A stretch of 60,710 nucleotides of DNA from Fibrobacteria bacterium (GCA_050486505.1 JBJHDK010000006.1:1-60710), one strand, 5' to 3'. Counted from the first letter of the stretch, positions 51,198 to 60,710 are shown. Notes: a model not told the origin generated them from the sequence alone. Numbers and translations are program-made.

Positions 51198-52108
51198 CAC
51201 GGGAGGCGAAGAACGTGGCGGCCTCGGTGCGGGCGCGGCTGCTGGCAGGCGCCAAGGGGCGCGGGGAGGAGTTTTCCCTCACTTTGCAGCGGTATGCGGC
51301 GGAGCGTTTTCTTTACCGCCTGGGCCGCTCGATGTTCTCGGATCGCTTCGTGCTCAAGGGGGCGATGTTGTTCTCGCTGTGGAAGGACGTGTACCGGGCC
51401 ACGCAGGACGTGGATCTCGCGGGCTACGGTCCGGACGATCCGGATTCGCTGCGCGAGGCGTTCCGACTGATTTGCGAGATCCCGTGTCCCGAGGATGGGG
51501 TCCGGTTTGATCCGGGTTCGGTGCGGCTGAGCGAGATTCTCGAAAAGGACGAGTACGCCGGTTGGCGGGCGAGGATTTTGGGCGATCTCGACGGCATGCG
51601 TCTCACCTTGTACGTGGACGTTGGGTTCGGGGACGTAATCTTGCCTCCGGCGCAGGTGGAGGATTATCCGGTGCTGCTGGACGCGCCGGCCCCGCGGATT
51701 CGGGCCTACCCGCGCGAGGCGGTCGTTGCAGAGAAATTTCACGCGCTGGTAAAGCATGGGATGCGGAACAGCCGGATGAAGGACTTTTATGACCTGTTCG
51801 TGATGGCCTCCCGATTCGGATTTTCCGGGGCGACGTTGTGCGCCTCCATCCGGGCAACCTTCTCGACGCGGCCGGGATCGCCGTTCCCGGAGGCGACGCC
51901 AACAGGCCTGACAGCGGAGTTTTACGCGACCTTCGAGAAAGCGGATCAGTGGCGCGGGCATTTGGCGAAGACGAGACTCCGTGAAGCGCCGGAGGATTTC
52001 GAGGCGGTCGGAAACACCATCCGCGCTTTTCTGGGCCCGGTGGTGGATGCCTTGGCGGCGGGGGAACAACACGAGAAGCACTGGAACGCCGGTGGGGGGT
52101 GGCGGTGA
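51194..52108 (+). CDS. abiEii: AbiEii nucleotidyltransferase toxin
   Basis: 'ERFLYRL', 'FVLKGA', 'RATQDVD', 'VDVGFGD', 'AEKFHA', 'NSRMKDFYD'; ATGA overlap. Confidence 0.93.
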   Translation: MTREAKNVAASVRARLLAGAKGRGEEFSLTLQRYAAERFLYRLGRSMFSDRFVLKGAMLFSLWKDVYRATQDVDLAGYGPDDPDSLREAFRLICEIPCPEDGVRFDPGSVRLSEILEKDEYAGWRARILGDLDGMRLTLYVDVGFGDVILPPAQVEDYPVLLDAPAPRIRAYPREAVVAEKFHALVKHGMRNSRMKDFYDLFVMASRFGFSGATLCASIRATFSTRPGSPFPEATPTGLTAEFYATFEKADQWRGHLAKTRLREAPEDFEAVGNTIRAFLGPVVDALAAGEQHEKHWNAGGGWR

Positions 52109-53442
52109 TGGCACAGGATGTTCGGGTTACTGCGCGGTATAAGTCGTATCCGAAATACAAGGATTCAGGTGCGGAGTGGCTTCGGGGTATTCCTGAAGGT
52201 TGGGCGACTTTGCCGAGTCGGCGGTTGTTTGTTCAAAAACGTGAATCAGCCAAAGAAAACGATGAACAGCTGGCCGCCTCCCAAAAGTATGGTGTGATTC
52301 CTCAGAGTCTTTTCATGGAAATGGAGGACCAAAAGGTCGTCCTCGCATTGAGTGGAACGGGAAATTTCAAGCACGTTGAGAAGAATGACTTTGTAATCAG
52401 CCTGCGAAGCTTTCAGGGTGGCATTGAGAGGGCCCTGTACTCGGGTTGCGTTAGCCCTGCCTACACTGTCCTGCGTGCAAATCGCGAGATTGTTCCAGAG
52501 TACTGGGGATTCCTGCTCAAGAGCGGACAATACATTACGGCGCTGCAATCCGTGGTTCAAGGGATTCGCGACGGAAAAAACGTCAGTTATGAACAGTTCG
52601 GTCAGCTTGAACTGCCCATGCCCTCAGTTGACGAACAACGCGCCATCGCCGCGTTTCTCGACCGCGAAACTGCCAGGATCGACGCGCTGGTCGCCAAAAA
52701 GGAACAGTTGATCGAACGCCTGCGCGAGCGGCGCAGCGCGCTCATCACCCAGGCCGTGACCAAGGGCCTCGATCCCTCCGTGCCGATGAAGGATTCGGGG
52801 GTGGAGTGGTTGGGGGGGGTGCCGCAGCATTGGGAGGTGAAGAAGCTCAAGTTCTCCGCCCGATTCGTTGGTGGCGCGACTCCGTCAAAAAATGAGCTGG
52901 GGTATTGGAACGGGGAAATTCCTTGGGTTTCGCCGAAGGACATGAAATCTTGGGAAATCCACGATTCCGAAGATCATATCACTGCTGAAGGGTTGACCAA
53001 CAGCGCTGCAAAGCTGGTTCCCGAAAACGCGGTCTTGGTTGTCGTTCGCTCCGGCATTCTGCAGCATTCCATTCCGGTTGCCATTAACAAGGTTCCGGTT
53101 ACCCTGAACCAAGACATGAAAGCAATACTGCCGACGAAGGAGCTGTATCCCGAGTTCTTGGCTTACTTCATATTCGGTTTGCAAGACAAATTCCTGCTTG
53201 AATGGACCAAGCAAGGGGCAACCGTGGAAAGCATTGAGGTGGATCTCATGATAAACACGCCTATGGTTTTGCCCCGCTTTTCCGAGCAGCAAGAAATTGT
53301 CGAGCTCCTGAATAAAGCGGTAGGAAAGCTTGATGCGTTGATTTCGCGTGCCGTCGATGGGGTCGAAAGCGTTAAAGGTTACCGTGCTGCCCTGATCTCA
53401 TCCGCCGTTACTGGAAAGATTGACGTCAGGGGGCTGGTATGA
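52108..53442 (+). CDS. hsdS: Type I R-M specificity subunit
   Basis: Repeated 'KDSG.EWL..(I/V)P..W' flanking two AT-richer TRDs; 'EQRAIAAFLD'; 'SAVTGKIDV'. Confidence 0.95.
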   Translation: MAQDVRVTARYKSYPKYKDSGAEWLRGIPEGWATLPSRRLFVQKRESAKENDEQLAASQKYGVIPQSLFMEMEDQKVVLALSGTGNFKHVEKNDFVISLRSFQGGIERALYSGCVSPAYTVLRANREIVPEYWGFLLKSGQYITALQSVVQGIRDGKNVSYEQFGQLELPMPSVDEQRAIAAFLDRETARIDALVAKKEQLIERLRERRSALITQAVTKGLDPSVPMKDSGVEWLGGVPQHWEVKKLKFSARFVGGATPSKNELGYWNGEIPWVSPKDMKSWEIHDSEDHITAEGLTNSAAKLVPENAVLVVVRSGILQHSIPVAINKVPVTLNQDMKAILPTKELYPEFLAYFIFGLQDKFLLEWTKQGATVESIEVDLMINTPMVLPRFSEQQEIVELLNKAVGKLDALISRAVDGVESVKGYRAALISSAVTGKIDVRGLV

Positions 53443-56400
53443 CAGGCAAAATCTCCGAACGCCGGTTTGAGGACGCCATCGAGTGCGCCCTCCTCGGCCG
53501 CACGCCCGACGCGTGCGACGATGACGGCTTTCTTGTCGGCGATCCCGAGCCGTCCTACCTCGGCCTGGCGCCCGGCGGATACCGCCGCCGCAACAGCCTG
53601 GATTACGACAAGGAGCTTTGCCTCTTCCGCAACGACGTGCTCGACTTCGTGTACGCCACCCAACCCAAGGAGTGGGGCAAGCTCAAGGAACATCACGGCA
53701 AAGATGCCAATGACAAGTTCCTGAACCGCCTCGCGACGGAGATCAGCAACCGAGGACTGCTCGACGTGCTCCGCAACGGCATCAAGGATTCTGGTGTCAA
53801 GATCCGCTTGGCCTTCTCCCGTCCCGCCAGCGGGCTGAACGAGGAGACCTTCCGTCTCTACGAGGCCAACAGTTTCACCGTCGTGCGGCAGCTTCACTAC
53901 AGCCAAAAGAACGAAAAGCTCTCCATCGACCTCGTCCTGTGCCTCAACGGCCTGCCCCTGTTCACCGCCGAGCTGAAGAATCCCCTCAACGGGCAGAACG
54001 TCGAGGAGGCCGTGCGGCAGTACAAGGCCCGCGAGACACGCGGCGAGCCGTTGTTGGCGTACCGTCGTTGCCTCGCGCATTTCGCCGTCGACCCGTATCT
54101 CGTCTATGTCGCCACGGCTTTGGCGGGCGAAAAGACCCGATTCCTGCCCTTCAACAAAGGTTGGAACAAGGGTGCGGGAAATCCCCCGGTTCCGCCCTCT
54201 CGCCGCGGCGGCTACGCCTCGGACTACCTCTGGAACGAGGTGTGGGCGCGCGACAGTATTCTCGAGCTCGTTCACCGCTTCATTCAGGAAATCGAAGTCG
54301 AGGATGAGGACGGCAAGAAGACCGGCGACAAGTTCCTGCTCTTTCCCCGCTACCACCAGCTCGATACCGTCCGCCGGCTGGTCCGCGACGCCAAGCTCTC
54401 CGGGGCGGGGAAGCGATACCTGATCCAGCACTCCGCCGGCAGTGGCAAGAGCTACACCCTTTCCTGGCTGGCGCATCAACTCGCCACCTTGCACGACGGG
54501 GAAGACCATCGAGTCTTCGACTCGGTTATCGTCATCACCGACCGGCGCATCCTCGACCGTCAGCTCCAATCCACCATGATGCAGTTGGAGCATACCCTCG
54601 GCGTGGTCGAGAACATCGACAAGACCTCGGCCCAGCTGCGGGATGCCCTGCAGGCGGGCAAGACCATCATCGTGACCACCTTGCAAAAGTTTCCCGCCAT
54701 GCTGGAACAAATCCGGCAACTGAGCGAGGAAGCGAGCAAGAAGGGCGATCAGGGCACTCATGCCCGCATGGGAAACCATTTCGCCGTCATCGTGGACGAG
54801 GCGCACTCCTCGCAGTCCGGCGAAAGCTCCGAGTCGCTCAAGCGCGTCATCGCCGCCGGAACGCTTGAGGAGGCCGCTCAGGCGGGGCCCGAGGAGAAAG
54901 GCACCGAGGACGTGCTCATCGAGAACGCGGAGGCCCGCAAGTTCCCCCCCAACATGAGCGTCTTCGCCTTCACGGCCACCCCCAAGGCGAAAACCTTGGA
55001 ACTGTTCGGGGAAAAGAAGGCCGACGGACAATTCGAGTCGCCCTACCTCTACAGCATGCGTCAGGCCATCGAGGAGAACTTCATCCTTGACGTGCTCACC
55101 AGCTACACCACGTATACGGCATATTGGCGGCTTCTGAAGAAAATCGAGGACGATCCGCGATACGAAAAAGGCAAGGCGACGTATTTGCTCAAGTCCTTCG
55201 TGGAGTTGAACCCCCATGCCATCGATGCCAAGGTCGCCATCATGGTCGAGCACTTCGCCGCCAAGGTGCAGCACGAGATCGGCGGCAAGGCCAAGGCGAT
55301 GATCGTGACCCGGTCACGGCATCAGGCCGTTCGCTACAAACTGGCCGTCGATAAATATCTGGCCGAAAAGGGTTATCCCTTCAAGGCGCTGGTTGCCTTC
55401 TCCGGCAGCGTCGAGGACGGAGGCAAGGAATACACCGAAACCGGGATGAACGGATTTCCTGAAACCCAGACGGCGCGGACGTTCCGTGGGCCGGAGTACC
55501 GCTTCCTCATCGTGGCGGAGAAGTTCCAGACCGGGTTCGATCAGCCGTTGCTGCACACCATGTACGTGGACAAGAAGCTGACCGGGTTGAATGCCGTGCA
55601 GACTTTGTCGCGCCTCAACCGCACTCATCCCGAAAAAAAAGGGACCATGGTGCTGGATTTCGCCAACGAAGCCGAAGAAATCCGCAAGGCCTTCGAAGAC
55701 TACTACGAGGCGACCATCCTGTCCGAAGAGACCGACGCGCATCAGCTATACGACATTCATCAGCGGCTGTTCCGTTTCGAAGTCTTTGACCCGTCCGATG
55801 TGGAGCGCTTTACCAAGGCCTTCCTCGACCGGAAAGCCGGCCAGGATCAGCTGTACACAATCCTGAAACCGATTCAGGAACGGGTACAGGCGCTGGACGA
55901 AGCGGCCAAAGCCGACTTGCGCGGTCAGCTCGATGATTACACCCGACTCTATGCCTTCCTGTCGCAAATCCTGCCTTTCACGGACGCCGATCTGGAAAAG
56001 CTGTATCCCTTCGCGAAATACCTGCGCCGCCTGGTACAGGGGGAGCGGGAGGAGCTGCCGCGGGAAGTGCAGGAAAACATCGACATGGAGTCGTACCGCA
56101 TTCAGGAGACGGGAAGCGGCTCCCTCTCCATTCGAAAGGGCAATGGCAAGCTCGACCCCATCAAGGCCAAGGACAAGCACGGAGTCAACGAGGATCCCAT
56201 TGAGCCCCTGTCACGCATTATCGGCGACTTGAACGATCGGTTCGGGCTCAACCTCGGGCCCGAGCACCGTGTCACCTTGGGCCAGATCATTGGAAAGCTC
56301 GACAACGACTTCGCCCTGGATGCCAGTGCGCGGGTCAACAATCGTGAAAACGTCCGCCTGACCTTCGAGCACAAGATTGAGGACGTGATTCAGGACGTCG

Positions 56401-56996
56401 TGGATTCCAACTTCGATTTCTACAAGCGCATCGCCGACGATCCGGGGTTCGGGACTTACCTCAAGGAAATGCTGTTCGAACAGTATCTGGGCAAGCACCG
56501 GCAGGCCGCGGATCTGGTCAAGCAGAAGGAATCCAAAACGCTGGAGTTCAAGTCCACCTTGCGCTGGAACCTGAAAGAAGGCAAGAACGACCCGGCCATC
56601 ACCCACGCGGTTCTGAAGACGATCGCGGCCTTTCTGAATACCGATGGGGGGGACTTGCTGATCGGGGTCGCTGACGACGGGACGGTGCTGGGCCTCGATG
56701 CCGACGGGTTTGAGAACGAGGACAAGTTCTGCCTGCACCTCGCCCAAGTTGTTCACAATGCCCTCGGGGCTCATGCCGCCAAACGTATCGACCCACGCAC
56801 ACAGGTTGTGGATGGAAAGATGGTGTGCCTCGTGGCCTGCCAGCGCGGGCAAGAGGTTGTTCGCCTCAAGTGGAAGGGGATGGAGTCCGACCCGGATGGA
56901 GATTATTTCGTCCGCATGGGACCGGGATCGAAGAAACTGACGAAGGAAGAGGCCGAAGCGGATATCCAGACGCGGTTTGGGTGGCAGAAAGGCTAA
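53439..56996 (+). CDS. hsdR: Type I R-M restriction subunit fused to C-terminal Schlafen/AlbA_2 domain
   Basis: Nuclease 'IDLV..NGLP...ELKN', 'QHSAGSGKS', 'DEAH', 'TATP', 'QTLSRLNR'; tail 'ESKTLEFKS..AAFLNTDGGDLLIGVADDG'. Confidence 0.95.
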   Translation: MTGKISERRFEDAIECALLGRTPDACDDDGFLVGDPEPSYLGLAPGGYRRRNSLDYDKELCLFRNDVLDFVYATQPKEWGKLKEHHGKDANDKFLNRLATEISNRGLLDVLRNGIKDSGVKIRLAFSRPASGLNEETFRLYEANSFTVVRQLHYSQKNEKLSIDLVLCLNGLPLFTAELKNPLNGQNVEEAVRQYKARETRGEPLLAYRRCLAHFAVDPYLVYVATALAGEKTRFLPFNKGWNKGAGNPPVPPSRRGGYASDYLWNEVWARDSILELVHRFIQEIEVEDEDGKKTGDKFLLFPRYHQLDTVRRLVRDAKLSGAGKRYLIQHSAGSGKSYTLSWLAHQLATLHDGEDHRVFDSVIVITDRRILDRQLQSTMMQLEHTLGVVENIDKTSAQLRDALQAGKTIIVTTLQKFPAMLEQIRQLSEEASKKGDQGTHARMGNHFAVIVDEAHSSQSGESSESLKRVIAAGTLEEAAQAGPEEKGTEDVLIENAEARKFPPNMSVFAFTATPKAKTLELFGEKKADGQFESPYLYSMRQAIEENFILDVLTSYTTYTAYWRLLKKIEDDPRYEKGKATYLLKSFVELNPHAIDAKVAIMVEHFAAKVQHEIGGKAKAMIVTRSRHQAVRYKLAVDKYLAEKGYPFKALVAFSGSVEDGGKEYTETGMNGFPETQTARTFRGPEYRFLIVAEKFQTGFDQPLLHTMYVDKKLTGLNAVQTLSRLNRTHPEKKGTMVLDFANEAEEIRKAFEDYYEATILSEETDAHQLYDIHQRLFRFEVFDPSDVERFTKAFLDRKAGQDQLYTILKPIQERVQALDEAAKADLRGQLDDYTRLYAFLSQILPFTDADLEKLYPFAKYLRRLVQGEREELPREVQENIDMESYRIQETGSGSLSIRKGNGKLDPIKAKDKHGVNEDPIEPLSRIIGDLNDRFGLNLGPEHRVTLGQIIGKLDNDFALDASARVNNRENVRLTFEHKIEDVIQDVVDSNFDFYKRIADDPGFGTYLKEMLFEQYLGKHRQAADLVKQKESKTLEFKSTLRWNLKEGKNDPAITHAVLKTIAAFLNTDGGDLLIGVADDGTVLGLDADGFENEDKFCLHLAQVVHNALGAHAAKRIDPRTQVVDGKMVCLVACQRGQEVVRLKWKGMESDPDGDYFVRMGPGSKKLTKEEAEADIQTRFGWQKG

Positions 56997-56999
56997 CCC

Positions 57000-58145
57000 T
57001 TGATCGCCTACATCGAAAAATTTATCCGGGAAGAACGCAAAGTTCTTTTCGACTTTTTTGATTCTAACACCTTCCAGGAATTCGCCGTTCAAGCTCGTGG
57101 AGTGGAAACCAATCAGCCCTTGGAGAAGGTCCGGTCACTGGTACTGTTGGAAGGCTATACAGGAAGAAGGCTCCGGGAAGGGAGTTACTACCGGATTCTT
57201 CCGGAAACCTTGCGACAACTCGAATTTCAAGTTTACGCAGAATCTTCCCTCATCGGGTACAGAGTTGCACTGTCTTCGCGAGTTCCCGAACTTTTCGGGG
57301 AAACTTATCGGCCCAAGTTTGACTATGAATTTGGATTACGGCCAGTTGAAATGGAATTTCCTCAGTTTCGAGACGCTAAAGACGTCGAGCTCATTGTATA
57401 TGACGTAGGCCAAGGCAACTGGAATGAGGTCGTATTGGATGGCCAAGCCGTTTTGGTTTATGACCTAGGTTGCACGTACACCGCTACCCCCGATGAAATG
57501 AGCAGTAAGCTTCGGATAGCCGTGCAGAGGTACCTGACGGATAAGCCGATATTGGTTCTATCGCACTGGGATCTCGATCACTATGCGCTACTGAAGGCGA
57601 TCGAAAATCCTGAATCTCTCTTCAGCTTTGCACTCGTCAGAACTCCTCCGCCCACACTAACAGCTAGAATGATCTTCTCACGGCTGCGCCAAAAATTGGG
57701 TGTTCGGTTTTCCAGCACAGGGGGAGCTACGCTACCCAGACAAAAGCCGAATCCGCTTGAACTGTATACACGGTTTAGTCAACAACTTTTCATTTACCGC
57801 GCTCGCCAGAATAGCAGTCGGAACATGAGCGGTTTCGTCTGTGTTGTGCGAACTTCTGAGTCGATCGCCATTCTTCCTGCGGATCACCATTATGACCAGA
57901 TAAAGCAATACCTGTGTGATCGGGAATCGAAAAAGAATGAGTACCTGGTCGTTCCGCACCACGGTGGCCATGCAGGCAAGTTGGTGCTTCCGGAGATCGG
58001 AAAGCTTAATCGACAGGCGATAGTGTCGGTGGGCACAAACGGCTATAACCATCCTAGGGATACCGTTATGGCCGCACTCAGGGGATCCAACTACAATACT
58101 TTCATCACGAGTAATCGTGGTAAAACATTTCGTGGGGTTCTATAA
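57000..58145 (+). CDS. MBL-fold (ComEC-like) hydrolase with extra N-terminal domain
   Basis: 'YDVGQGN', 'YDLG', 'LSHWDLDHY', 'VPHHGG', 'N.YNHP'; TTG start 3 bp after the hsdR stop; AT-richer. Confidence 0.82.
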   Translation: MIAYIEKFIREERKVLFDFFDSNTFQEFAVQARGVETNQPLEKVRSLVLLEGYTGRRLREGSYYRILPETLRQLEFQVYAESSLIGYRVALSSRVPELFGETYRPKFDYEFGLRPVEMEFPQFRDAKDVELIVYDVGQGNWNEVVLDGQAVLVYDLGCTYTATPDEMSSKLRIAVQRYLTDKPILVLSHWDLDHYALLKAIENPESLFSFALVRTPPPTLTARMIFSRLRQKLGVRFSSTGGATLPRQKPNPLELYTRFSQQLFIYRARQNSSRNMSGFVCVVRTSESIAILPADHHYDQIKQYLCDRESKKNEYLVVPHHGGHAGKLVLPEIGKLNRQAIVSVGTNGYNHPRDTVMAALRGSNYNTFITSNRGKTFRGVL

Positions 58146-58164
58146 TCCTCTTAGGCGGTCGCCA

Positions 58165-58494
58165 TCATCCCTTCTCCCTCGACCCCTTGAACTTCTCCAC
58201 CGGGTACTTCGCCTCGTTCTTCTTCAACTTCGCTCTCACCACCTCTGCCACATCCAACCCATACGTCTCCGCCAGCAGCAGCGCCGAATACAACACATCC
58301 GCCAACTCGTCCTTCAGCTTCTCCCTGTCAACCTCGTCGGCGGCCTTCCACAGAAACAACTCCAGCAATTCCCCCGCCTCAACCGAAAGGTTGATTGCCA
58401 GGTTTTTCCCGTCGTGAAACTGCGCCCAATCCCGGTCATCCCGGAATTGCACAATCTCGTCGATCAGGCTGCGAAGTTCGGTATCTGATTTCAT
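58165..58494 (-). CDS. MazG-like nucleotide pyrophosphohydrolase
   Basis: 'FRDDRDWAQFH..KNLA..EAGELLELFLW..DELADV..KYP'. Confidence 0.92.
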   Translation of the reverse strand: MKSDTELRSLIDEIVQFRDDRDWAQFHDGKNLAINLSVEAGELLELFLWKAADEVDREKLKDELADVLYSALLLAETYGLDVAEVVRAKLKKNEAKYPVEKFKGSREKG

Positions 58495-59435
58495 GCCTTG
58501 AACACTTTCGTATTGTGCCAGTCAATATAGGTCGCATCCGGGCGGCCCTCGGGAGATTCCGGGAGATACGCGAGGCCAGCGCCATGGAACCTATAGTATT
58601 CCCGCCCGTTTTCGAACTCCTCCCGGATCCGCTTGCTCACCTCCACCTTCAGTTCCTTCGTCACCGTCAGATACCCGTCATCGAACAGCTTGTGCATGTC
58701 CGATCGCAGCAACAATCCGTTCGACAAAGAGTGTGGCCCCGATTTCGCGTACGGCTTGATGTGCGCCGCCTCCAGTACCGGAAGCGTCTTCTCGCCCGTG
58801 ATCGCGCAGCGCCGCTGGTACCCGTCCAGCACATCCACCCGGAACGAACCCTGGCCCTTCCGCACCCGCGTCAACACATCGCGGTAACCCGGGTTCGACT
58901 CGCGCACCAACCACTCCGTCGGCTCCTTCGCATCCGTCCGCATCGGCAGGTACCGCTTCAGCAGCACCTCGACCCGCCGCCACAGATCGCCGCCGATTTG
59001 TTCGTCGGTGTCGTAGCCCTTGCCCGTCACGATCGCGTTCGCCCAGTTCTCCGGCGCGGGGATCCAGTCCTCCTGCGCGAAGAAGACCGGATTCGTCAGC
59101 ACAATGCAGCCGATGGTCGGGTTCGGGGTTTCTTTGTCTTGCCGGTAGTTCTGGATCGACTGTCGCAGCTCGGCCAGGCTCGCGCAACCGTTCCCCGTGC
59201 GGAATGTATCCCACGCCAGAGACAGGGGCAGGAACGTGTGACTCGAGAAAAAGCCCACGCCGCCGATATGGTTCCGCGGCGACTTCAGCTTGAACAGGAA
59301 CGGCGCACCGGGGGACAGCGCCTTGAAGGTTTGCTTCCCGCCCGGCTGCCAGAAGTTGATGTCTTCCGGCGTGGGAATCCGGCTGCCGAGAAAGTCGAAC
59401 CAGTCATTGTCCGTCACTCCCAAATGGATCTTCAT
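58491..59435 (-). CDS. HNH endonuclease with N-terminal putative DNA-reader domain
   Basis: 'GVTDNDWF..INFWQP..FLFKLK'; 'FR..VL..Y..RCAITG..LEAAHI..NGLLL..D.HKLFD.G'. Confidence 0.9.
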   Translation of the reverse strand: MKIHLGVTDNDWFDFLGSRIPTPEDINFWQPGGKQTFKALSPGAPFLFKLKSPRNHIGGVGFFSSHTFLPLSLAWDTFRTGNGCASLAELRQSIQNYRQDKETPNPTIGCIVLTNPVFFAQEDWIPAPENWANAIVTGKGYDTDEQIGGDLWRRVEVLLKRYLPMRTDAKEPTEWLVRESNPGYRDVLTRVRKGQGSFRVDVLDGYQRRCAITGEKTLPVLEAAHIKPYAKSGPHSLSNGLLLRSDMHKLFDDGYLTVTKELKVEVSKRIREEFENGREYYRFHGAGLAYLPESPEGRPDATYIDWHNTKVFKA

Positions 59436-59583
59436 CAGCTACCTACGGCACAGAGCGAAAGAGGGTGAAGGCTGTGACGGCACACAATCCCTCAATTTAA
59501 TCCCGGTCCCGCCTTCATGCCTCCAATTTGCCCACTTTCTCGCCCACACCGTCCCATCCGTCAACCATAAGACAACTCGTAAG

Positions 59584-60710
59584 TCAAGCTACCCTCTCTG
59601 TTCCCCCGCTGAAAAGCCCCACGTACGGCTGATAGCGAAAGCGCCGGTTACGCGCATAGCCTGTAGCCTCCACCAGAATGCCGAGCTTCTCCAGTTTTTG
59701 AACCAACCGATTGGCGGCCGTAAAGGTGACTCCTGTCAGGTCTTCCACGTCCTTGACTGACAGGATGGGCCGATCGAAAAGAGACTCCAGAACCTTGTGA
59801 CCATTCCCCGCCCCACGGCCCAATTCCCGTGTAATGGCCAGGCGATGCTCTTCGCGCAAGGCCAAGATGCGGCGTGCCGTATCCACCGCCTCACCGCTCA
59901 CCTCGATCACGCCCTTCAAGAAAAATTCCAGCCACTCTTCCCATCGCCCTTCGTCGCGTACCGCCTGAAGGCGTTCATAATACTCCTGTCGGTGTCGCTT
60001 GAAATAATGGGACAGGTACAGCACGGGTTTATGCAGGATTGCACGCTCCGTCAGCAGAAACGTGATCAGCAGGCGGCCGACGCGACCATTACCATCCAGG
60101 AACGGGTGAATCGTCTCGAACTGAACATGCGCGAGACCGATCTTGACCAATTGGGGGATCTCATCTTCCTCGTGCAGAAATTGCTCGAGGTCCGACAATG
60201 CCTCAGGAACCACATCCGGCGGAGGCGGGACAAAGGTGGCATCGTTCAAGGTCGACCCCTGCGGGCCGATCCAGTTTTGGCTTCTCCGCAATTCTCCCGG
60301 TATCAAACGGCTTCCGCGCACATCGCGCATCAACCTCTCGTGAATCTCGCGGATCAATCGAACCGAAACAGGCAGCTCACTCAAGCGAGCGAGCCCCGCA
60401 TTCATCGCGGCGACGTAATTGATGACCTCGTCCACATCCCGTGGCGCATTCTCTCCATCAAGCATCTGTGCTTCAGCCGCCAACAAATCCTGTAGGGAAC
60501 TTTGCGTCCCCTCGATTTGGCTTGAAAGTACAGCTTCTTTACGGACATACATGAACACGAACAAGTCCGGGTTGGGCAAGGTCTCTACGGATCCATCCAA
60601 CCTGCCCAAGGCACGATCTGCCCGCGACAGCAAGCCCTGAAGCTTCCCTTCAAACCGGACGGGAGGTGTAGGCGGCAGCTTGGTCGGAACGAAGGCTCGA
60701 TAACCTGTCG
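59584..60710 (-). CDS. Fic family protein (5' end outside window)
   Basis: 'EAVLSSQIEG', 'HPFLDGNGRVGR'; frame stays open to the window edge (TGYRAFVPTKLPP). Confidence 0.93.
   Translation of the reverse strand, partial: TGYRAFVPTKLPPTPPVRFEGKLQGLLSRADRALGRLDGSVETLPNPDLFVFMYVRKEAVLSSQIEGTQSSLQDLLAAEAQMLDGENAPRDVDEVINYVAAMNAGLARLSELPVSVRLIREIHERLMRDVRGSRLIPGELRRSQNWIGPQGSTLNDATFVPPPPDVVPEALSDLEQFLHEEDEIPQLVKIGLAHVQFETIHPFLDGNGRVGRLLITFLLTERAILHKPVLYLSHYFKRHRQEYYERLQAVRDEGRWEEWLEFFLKGVIEVSGEAVDTARRILALREEHRLAITRELGRGAGNGHKVLESLFDRPILSVKDVEDLTGVTFTAANRLVQKLEKLGILVEATGYARNRRFRYQPYVGLFSGGTERVA

Larger units (their letters stand above)
41336..60710. mobile_element. Defence island (right end outside window; no integrase seen)
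   Basis: Uninterrupted run of TA, R-M, Fic, nuclease and MazG genes with patchy base composition, starting after uvrA. Confidence 0.75.

Overview
GC-rich bacterial chromosomal window; an FCB-group/Fibrobacterota-like host is a weak inference from a PorV-like barrel and gene content. It has three parts. (1) 1-16.7 kb, housekeeping, mostly minus strand: sahR-like regulator-metH, Rne/Rng RNase, tRNA-Leu(TAG)-tig-clpP-clpX, then a His-less sensor kinase, a stand-alone Lon protease domain, yggS, divIVA and envelope genes. (2) 17-41 kb, an accessory/stress patchwork: MliC, pirin, an AT-rich orphan gene with a RHIM-like amyloid motif, three TA loci, a duplicated sigma-54 promoter module, cytochrome c, catalase, a GT2/beta-barrel pair, ric, pyrC, an EEP nuclease, a four-helix-bundle gene inside inverted heptamer arrays, and uvrA. 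(3) 41.3 kb to the end, a defence island with no integrase visible: two type IV (AbiE-like) TA pairs, two Fic genes, a RhuM fragment, an Mrr-DUF5131-TcmP-HIRAN operon, a type I R-M system whose HsdR carries a C-terminal Schlafen/AlbA_2 domain, an MBL hydrolase, and an HNH-MazG pair. Best candidates for undescribed biology are the HsdR-Schlafen system, the RHIM protein, the Mrr-DUF5131-TcmP-HIRAN operon, the filled and empty inverted short-repeat cassettes, and the pseudokinase/Lon-domain pair. All calls come from reading motifs by eye; no searches were run.
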